A stretch of DNA of 64,000 nt, taken from Candidatus Nomurabacteria bacterium. Lineage in GTDB: Bacteria; Patescibacteriota; Minisyncoccia; Phycocordibacterales; UBA9973. Of this stretch, positions 59,911 through 64,000 are shown piece by piece (position 1 is the stretch's first letter; every line of letters begins with the position of its first letter). The position numbers and the translations under genes were made by a program. Under the pieces are notes generated by a model. The model was not told where the DNA came from, ran no database searches, and saw only the letters and a program-made list of their open reading frames with translations. The stretch is taken from assembly GCA_026396065.1 (NCBI GenBank), contig JAPLXO010000008.1, forward strand, positions 1,056-65,055, written 5' to 3'.

Positions 59911-59942
59911 CATCCTTACATACTGGAGTTTGTCAGTATGAC
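59911..59942 (+). repeat. hairpin repeat H1 (degenerate copy of gtcatccttacaaac-tggag-gtttgtaaggatgac family)
   Basis: catccttacatactggagtttgtcagtatgac immediately after hsdS stop. Confidence 0.7.
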
Positions 59943-59953
59943 AAAATAATTAA

Positions 59954-60067
59954 ATGAACAAATACGAACAAAAGGCGGAGGTGGAGATTGATCTGCATGG
60001 GCATACGATGCCCGAGGCGGGGGGAGGTCTTGGATATTTTATTATATTTACCCATTCGTACGAATAG
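59954..60067 (+). pseudogene. truncated smr 5' fragment (copy S1)
   Basis: Encodes MNKYEQKAEVEIDLHGHTMPEAG then diverges to GGLGYFIIFTHSYE-stop. The first 24 codons are homologous to the intact smr at 62675. Confidence 0.6.
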
Positions 60068-60077
60068 GTAAATAAAC

Positions 60078-60111
60078 GTCATCCTTACAAACTGGAGTTT
60101 GTAAGGATGAC
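60078..60111 (+). repeat. hairpin repeat H2 (perfect 15-bp stem)
   Basis: gtcatccttacaaac tgga gtttgtaaggatgac. Confidence 0.8.
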
Positions 60112-60167
60112 GGAATGTTTAATGTAAGGAAATTTTAATACTAATTTTGTAGGAATTGTTACGAAGT

Positions 60168-60197
60168 CCAGCGACTTTAGTATACTAAAGTCGCTGG
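60168..60197 (+). repeat. second palindromic element P (copy 1)
   Basis: ccagcgactttagtatactaaagtcgctgg; identical element at ~61624-61655. Part of a ~250-bp repeat unit (59954-60203 vs 61424-61664). Confidence 0.7.
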
Positions 60198-60251
60198 GCA
60201 GGAAAGTGTCAATATTTAAATTAAAAGTTTTCCATAGTTGATAGTGAACAA

Positions 60252-61292
60252 ATGTTCACATATAATATAAGTATGAAGAAAGTAATTAAAAAAATACAAA
60301 AGAATACAAAAAACGACTTAGTCATTTATCAAGCAAAGTCAGGGGCTATTGAGTTCCGTGGTGATTTTAATAAGGAGACTATTTGGGCTACACAGGCGCA
60401 AATCGCTGAGATTTTCGGTGTTAATTCACAAGCGATAACAAAACATATAACTAATATTTATAAAGAAAAAGAACTTAGTCAAAAGGCAACTTGTTCCAAA
60501 ATGGAACAAGTTCGAATGGAAGGTAACAGACAAATTAAAAGAAATTTAGATATATATAACTTAGATATTGTTATTGCAGTTGGATATAGAATTAATTCAA
60601 AAATTGCCACTCAATTTCGTATCTGGGCTACAAAGACTCTTCGTGAGCATATTGTAAAAGGTTATACCGTAAACGAAAAGAGATTGCTTCAAGTTACAGA
60701 TAAATTCAGAGAATTACAAAATACTGTTTTGTTCTTGCAGGAAAAATCTCAGAAAGAATTACTTTCAGGCCAAGAAAACGAAGTTTTGAATTTACTCGCA
60801 TCTTATGCAAAGACTCTCACTATCCTCGATGAATATGACAAGGGAGATTTAAAACAAGTCAAAGGAGAAAAAGCAAAATTTATTTTAACTTATGAAAAAT
60901 CCATAGAGATACTCGTCGAAGTTAAAAAAGAATTGATGGCAAAAGGCGAAGCAGGAGAACTTTTTGGAAATGAACGCGATGGATCTTTTGATGGAATAAT
61001 AAAAGGCTTGTATCAGACATTTGGTGGTAAAGAATTATATGCAACGCTTGAAACTAAAGCAGCGCATTTACTGTACCTCATCATCAAAGATCATCCGCTT
61101 TCAGATGGTAACAAGCGTACAGCGTCTTTCCTGTTTGTATATTTCTTGGACAAGAATAATGCACTTTATAGAAAAAATGGAGAAAAGAAAATAAACGACA
61201 ACGCGCTCGCTGCGCTCGCGCTCCTCATTGCCGAAAGTAATCCAAATGAAAAGGATATTATGGTGGCTCTTATAACGCAGTTATTAAATTAA
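60252..61292 (+). CDS. RhuM-family N-terminal domain fused to Doc/Fic-family toxin domain
   Basis: N-terminal RhuM-like blocks (IEFRGDFNKETIWATQAQIAEIFGV, IVIAVGYRINSKIATQFRIWATK); C-terminal Doc-type motif HPLSDGNKRTA. Confidence 0.7.
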   Translation: MFTYNISMKKVIKKIQKNTKNDLVIYQAKSGAIEFRGDFNKETIWATQAQIAEIFGVNSQAITKHITNIYKEKELSQKATCSKMEQVRMEGNRQIKRNLDIYNLDIVIAVGYRINSKIATQFRIWATKTLREHIVKGYTVNEKRLLQVTDKFRELQNTVLFLQEKSQKELLSGQENEVLNLLASYAKTLTILDEYDKGDLKQVKGEKAKFILTYEKSIEILVEVKKELMAKGEAGELFGNERDGSFDGIIKGLYQTFGGKELYATLETKAAHLLYLIIKDHPLSDGNKRTASFLFVYFLDKNNALYRKNGEKKINDNALAALALLIAESNPNEKDIMVALITQLLN

Positions 61293-61384
61293 TGCCAAAC
61301 AAATACGAACAAAAAGCCGAAATAGAAATAGATTTACATGGATATACGATGCTCGAGGCGGGGAATATTTCAGATTATAAATAG
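61292..61384 (+). pseudogene. truncated smr 5' fragment (copy S2), ATG overlapping the Doc gene stop (TAATG)
   Basis: MPNKYEQKAEIEIDLHGYTMLEAG identical to the intact Smr N-terminus, then NISDYK-stop. Confidence 0.6.
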
Positions 61385-61417
61385 TCATACTTACATACTG
61401 GAGTTTGTAAGTATGAT
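61384..61417 (+). repeat. hairpin repeat H3
   Basis: gtcatacttacatac tggag tttgtaagtatgat (one mismatch in stem). Confidence 0.7.
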
Positions 61418-61423
61418 AAAAAA

Positions 61424-61541
61424 TATGCCAAACAAATACGAACAAAAGGCCGAAATAGAAATAGATTTACATGGATATACAATGCTTGAGGCGGGGGGAG
61501 GTCTTGGATATTTTATTATATTTACCCATTCGTACGAATAG
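61424..61541 (+). pseudogene. truncated smr 5' fragment (copy S3)
   Basis: MPNKYEQKAEIEIDLHGYTMLEAGGGLGYFIIFTHSYE-stop; same divergent tail as S1. Followed by the half-hairpin gtcatccttacaaac (H4, right arm deleted). Confidence 0.6.
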
Positions 61542-61777
61542 GTAAATAAACGTCATCCTTACAAACACGGAATGTTTAATATAAGGAAAATTTTAATACA
61601 GGTTTTGTAGGAATTGTTACGAAGCCCAGCGACTTTAGTATACTAAAGTCGCTGGGCAGGAAAGGTTTTATTCTAATTTTACTTGTTTTAAAGTCCAAAA
61701 GCGTGAAAAAGGCTACTTTTTAGCATATTTTCACGCTTTTGTTGACAAAACAGTGAAAAAGACTATAATTAGTATAT

Positions 61778-62668
61778 ATGGCAAAAATACCAGCAGTATT
61801 TAATAAAATTAACTCTCTTAGGGAGAGATATTACAAAGCTTCTACTGGTAAAGAAGCGCTTATTAATCTTGTCAGTGAAGCCGAAGTCGCTGAACAAGTG
61901 TATAACTCAAATGCTATTGAAAATAGCACTCTAACACTCGAGGAAACAGAAAAAATTCTTTTGCAAATTGATCTCGATAGATATATCAACGAGCGCGAGA
62001 TTTTTGAAGCTAAAAATCTCGCGCGAGTGGTGTCATATATCGAAAAACGTTCGAAAGAACAAGATCTAACTCTCGAAGTAATATTGTCACTTCATAAAAT
62101 GTTGATTTCAAATATTCGCGATGATATCGCAGGTAGATTTCGAAAAGATAAAGAATTTGTACGAGTAGGTAGTCATATTGCTCCTTCTCCACAAGAAATA
62201 CTTGAGAGACTAGAGAACATGCTTGCAGAATACAATGCAAATAGCCACGAAAGTATTGTGAAGCGTATTGCGCGACTACATCTAGTATTTGAGCATACTC
62301 ATCCATTTGTCGATGGTAATGGACGTATCGGACGTGTATTAAACAATTATCTTTTAATTCGTGAAGGATTTGTCCCTATCAATATTAAATTTATAGATCG
62401 TAAGAAATATTATAATGCGTTTAAAGAATTTGATGAAAAAGGAAAAACAAAAATAATGGAAGAAATTGTCGCTAAAGCTTTGACCAATAGTTATCACAAA
62501 CGTTTAGCGTATTTAGAAAATAAAAAAATTGTTACATTAGTAGAATATGCAAAATCTAATAAGATTTCTCATTCAAATCTTATTAACAAAGCTACTCGTC
62601 AAACAATTGATGCTTTTTTAGAAAAAGGTATTTGGAAAATTGGTATTGAATATAATAAGACTAAATAA
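61778..62668 (+). CDS. Fic family protein (adenylyltransferase-type)
   Basis: Canonical Fic motif HPFVDGNGRIGR. Confidence 0.85.
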   Translation: MAKIPAVFNKINSLRERYYKASTGKEALINLVSEAEVAEQVYNSNAIENSTLTLEETEKILLQIDLDRYINEREIFEAKNLARVVSYIEKRSKEQDLTLEVILSLHKMLISNIRDDIAGRFRKDKEFVRVGSHIAPSPQEILERLENMLAEYNANSHESIVKRIARLHLVFEHTHPFVDGNGRIGRVLNNYLLIREGFVPINIKFIDRKKYYNAFKEFDEKGKTKIMEEIVAKALTNSYHKRLAYLENKKIVTLVEYAKSNKISHSNLINKATRQTIDAFLEKGIWKIGIEYNKTK

Positions 62669-62674
62669 AATCTA

Positions 62675-62941
62675 ATGCCAAACAAATACGAACAAAAAGC
62701 CGAAATAGAAATAGATTTACACGGATACACGATGCTTGAGGCGGGGAGTGTTTTAGACGATTTATTTCGTGAAGCAAAGTACAAACATGTCAGAATAATT
62801 ACAGGCAAAGGCAAGAATAGCGAGAATGGTCCCGTCTTGCCGAACTTTGTGCGAAACTATTTGAATTCCCGCGGGGTGCATTACAATCAATCCAAACTTC
62901 AATCCGGCGGCGAAGGCGCACTCGAGGTTTTTCTCCGTTAA
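62675..62941 (+). CDS. Smr domain protein (intact copy)
   Basis: 88 aa: IDLHGYTMLEA, VRIITGKGKNS, GGEGALEVFL Smr-domain blocks. Confidence 0.75.
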   Translation: MPNKYEQKAEIEIDLHGYTMLEAGSVLDDLFREAKYKHVRIITGKGKNSENGPVLPNFVRNYLNSRGVHYNQSKLQSGGEGALEVFLR

Positions 62942-62971
62942 AATTCTCTCCACCCCCCCCTCACTTTCGAC

Positions 62972-63010
62972 TTATCCACATACCAACATACTGGAGTTTG
63001 TAAGGATGAC
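62972..63010 (+). repeat. hairpin repeat H5 (degenerate left arm)
   Basis: atccacataccaacatactggagtttgtaaggatgac. Confidence 0.6.
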
Positions 63011-63317
63011 GTTTTGTAATATGACTATGGCAAAAATAAAAACAGCAAAACAAATGGAGCGACATTTGAAAGGCATGTCAAACCATCATCGTATCGAGAT
63101 TTTATTATTAGTGGGGAAGCAAAGTGGAATTACACTCGATCAGATTATCGGGTTACTCAACGCGAATCCGAAAACAATAGGTGAGCATACACGCCGACTG
63201 CATAATGCTGGTTTAATAAATAAAAAATACAAAGGCAAATTTGTACAACATTCATTATCTCCATACGGAAAAACTTTTTATAATTTTCTCAAAGCATTTC
63301 AAAACCTCACTCAATAA
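63006..63317 (+). CDS. ArsR/SmtB-like winged-helix transcriptional regulator (true start possibly MAKIK)
   Basis: HRIEILLLV...ITLDQIIGLL...TIGEHTRRLHNAGLI helix-turn-helix pattern. Confidence 0.55.
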   Translation: MTFCNMTMAKIKTAKQMERHLKGMSNHHRIEILLLVGKQSGITLDQIIGLLNANPKTIGEHTRRLHNAGLINKKYKGKFVQHSLSPYGKTFYNFLKAFQNLTQ

Positions 63318-63328
63318 TTTAAATACAT

Positions 63329-63362
63329 GTCATCCTTACATACTGGAGTTTGTAAGGATGAC
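63329..63362 (+). repeat. hairpin repeat H6
   Basis: gtcatccttacatac tggag tttgtaaggatgac. Confidence 0.8.
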
Positions 63363-63395
63363 AATATACATTTTTATATGTGGTATACTTAACCC

Positions 63396-63935
63396 ATGAT
63401 AAAAACTACACTTGTGTTCGTTTCGGTTATCGCTCTTTTTGCGGTAGGCTCTTTGGTTATTTCTCACAACAAAACTGTTGTTGTACAGAAACCGGTTATT
63501 ACCAACTTTGAAGAATGTGTCAGAGATGGTCGTCCTATCATGGAGACATATCCTCGTCAGTGTCGTGATGATAGTGGTCATGTATTTACTGAAGTTGTAG
63601 TATCGCCAGTGACTCCACCAGTATCAGATGTTCAAAATTTTAGTACAGAATATTTATTGAATATCGATGGACATATTACGTTGCCTGATGGGCTCACTGT
63701 TACATTGAAAAAAGTAAATGATTCACGTTGTCCAAAAGGTGTCACGTGTGTTTGGGCAGGAGAACTCGCACCAGTGTTGTCGGTAATGGGTGGATATTTT
63801 GGCACTGCGGTTCAAGAAGTAATTATTGGTACAGTCAGAAATCAAAGTGATACAACTGGTGGATATACATTTGCTATTCGATCTGCGACAATAGAAAGCG
63901 CAAACATTGTAGTATATAGAGGTGTTTCAAATTAG
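63396..63935 (+). CDS. hypothetical secreted/membrane-anchored protein
   Basis: N-terminal TM/signal; Cys-containing extracytoplasmic domain. Confidence 0.5.
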   Translation: MIKTTLVFVSVIALFAVGSLVISHNKTVVVQKPVITNFEECVRDGRPIMETYPRQCRDDSGHVFTEVVVSPVTPPVSDVQNFSTEYLLNIDGHITLPDGLTVTLKKVNDSRCPKGVTCVWAGELAPVLSVMGGYFGTAVQEVIIGTVRNQSDTTGGYTFAIRSATIESANIVVYRGVSN

Positions 63936-64000
63936 ATATTAAAACAATGTATTATATTTATATCGTACAATGCGCAGACAAGAGTTTATATACTGGTATC

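Noticed and set aside
59911-63369. CRISPR array interpretation of the hairpin repeats
   Set aside because: Repeat spacing is irregular (150 bp to 1.3 kb) and the intervening sequences are protein-coding genes and a 250-bp duplicated unit. There are no uniform spacers and no cas genes.
59911-63369. Classical integron attC sites
   Set aside because: The hairpin arms (gtcatccttacaaac / gtttgtaaggatgac) do not carry the GTTRRRY / RYYYAAC core sites, and no intI is present in the window. The cassette-like logic is kept as a finding but not the integron label.

Overview
AT-rich (~30% GC) bacterial segment with the hallmarks of a Candidate Phyla Radiation (Parcubacteria-like) genome: the 3' end of an rRNA operon (23S with an internal ~360-nt insertion, then 5S), compact, mostly co-directional housekeeping genes, scattered tRNAs, and an accessory/defense region from about 47 kb onward.

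Housekeeping and tRNA content:
- Housekeeping genes: NUDIX, RodA/FtsW, FolD, PAP2, SecD, SecF, LemA, HtpX, RluB-like, TspO, an ABC exporter, a P-type ATPase, two GT2 glycosyltransferases, DapF, RF2, FtsE, FtsX, PyrG, S9 and M15 peptidases, DgkA, a thioredoxin plus DsbB pair, DoxX, a K+ channel, MFS, RNase J, an oligopeptide SBP, SecG, a DHS-like protein and MetK.
- tRNAs: Ser-GGA, Met-CAT, Asp-GTC, Thr-GGT, Thr-CGT and Gln-CTG.

Accessory/defense region (about 47-63.4 kb):
- A PIF1-like helicase, a UVR-motif protein, a TspO paralogue carrying an in-frame TGA, a GC-rich outlier ORF and a NYN-domain protein followed by a perfect 98-bp tandem duplication.
- A type I RM system (hsdR, hsdM, hsdS) with two unrecognised genes inserted between hsdM and hsdS. 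The larger one (505 aa) ends in a D...ExK nuclease-like motif.
- Directly downstream, an array of toxin-type cassettes (RhuM-Doc, Fic, Smr, HTH). Each cassette is punctuated by near-identical 34-bp hairpin repeats and by repeated 5' fragments of the smr gene.

Other oddities:
- The 23S lacks, in collinear position, the universally conserved peptidyl-transferase central-loop segment.
- A 724-codon surface-protein ORF is interrupted by a single in-frame TAG.
- The tRNA-Gln is flanked by partial copies of its own 5' and 3' ends.
- A GC-rich hairpin motif recurs three times in intergenic regions.

The RM-embedded gene pair and the hairpin-delimited Doc/Fic/Smr cassette array are the best candidates for an undescribed system.
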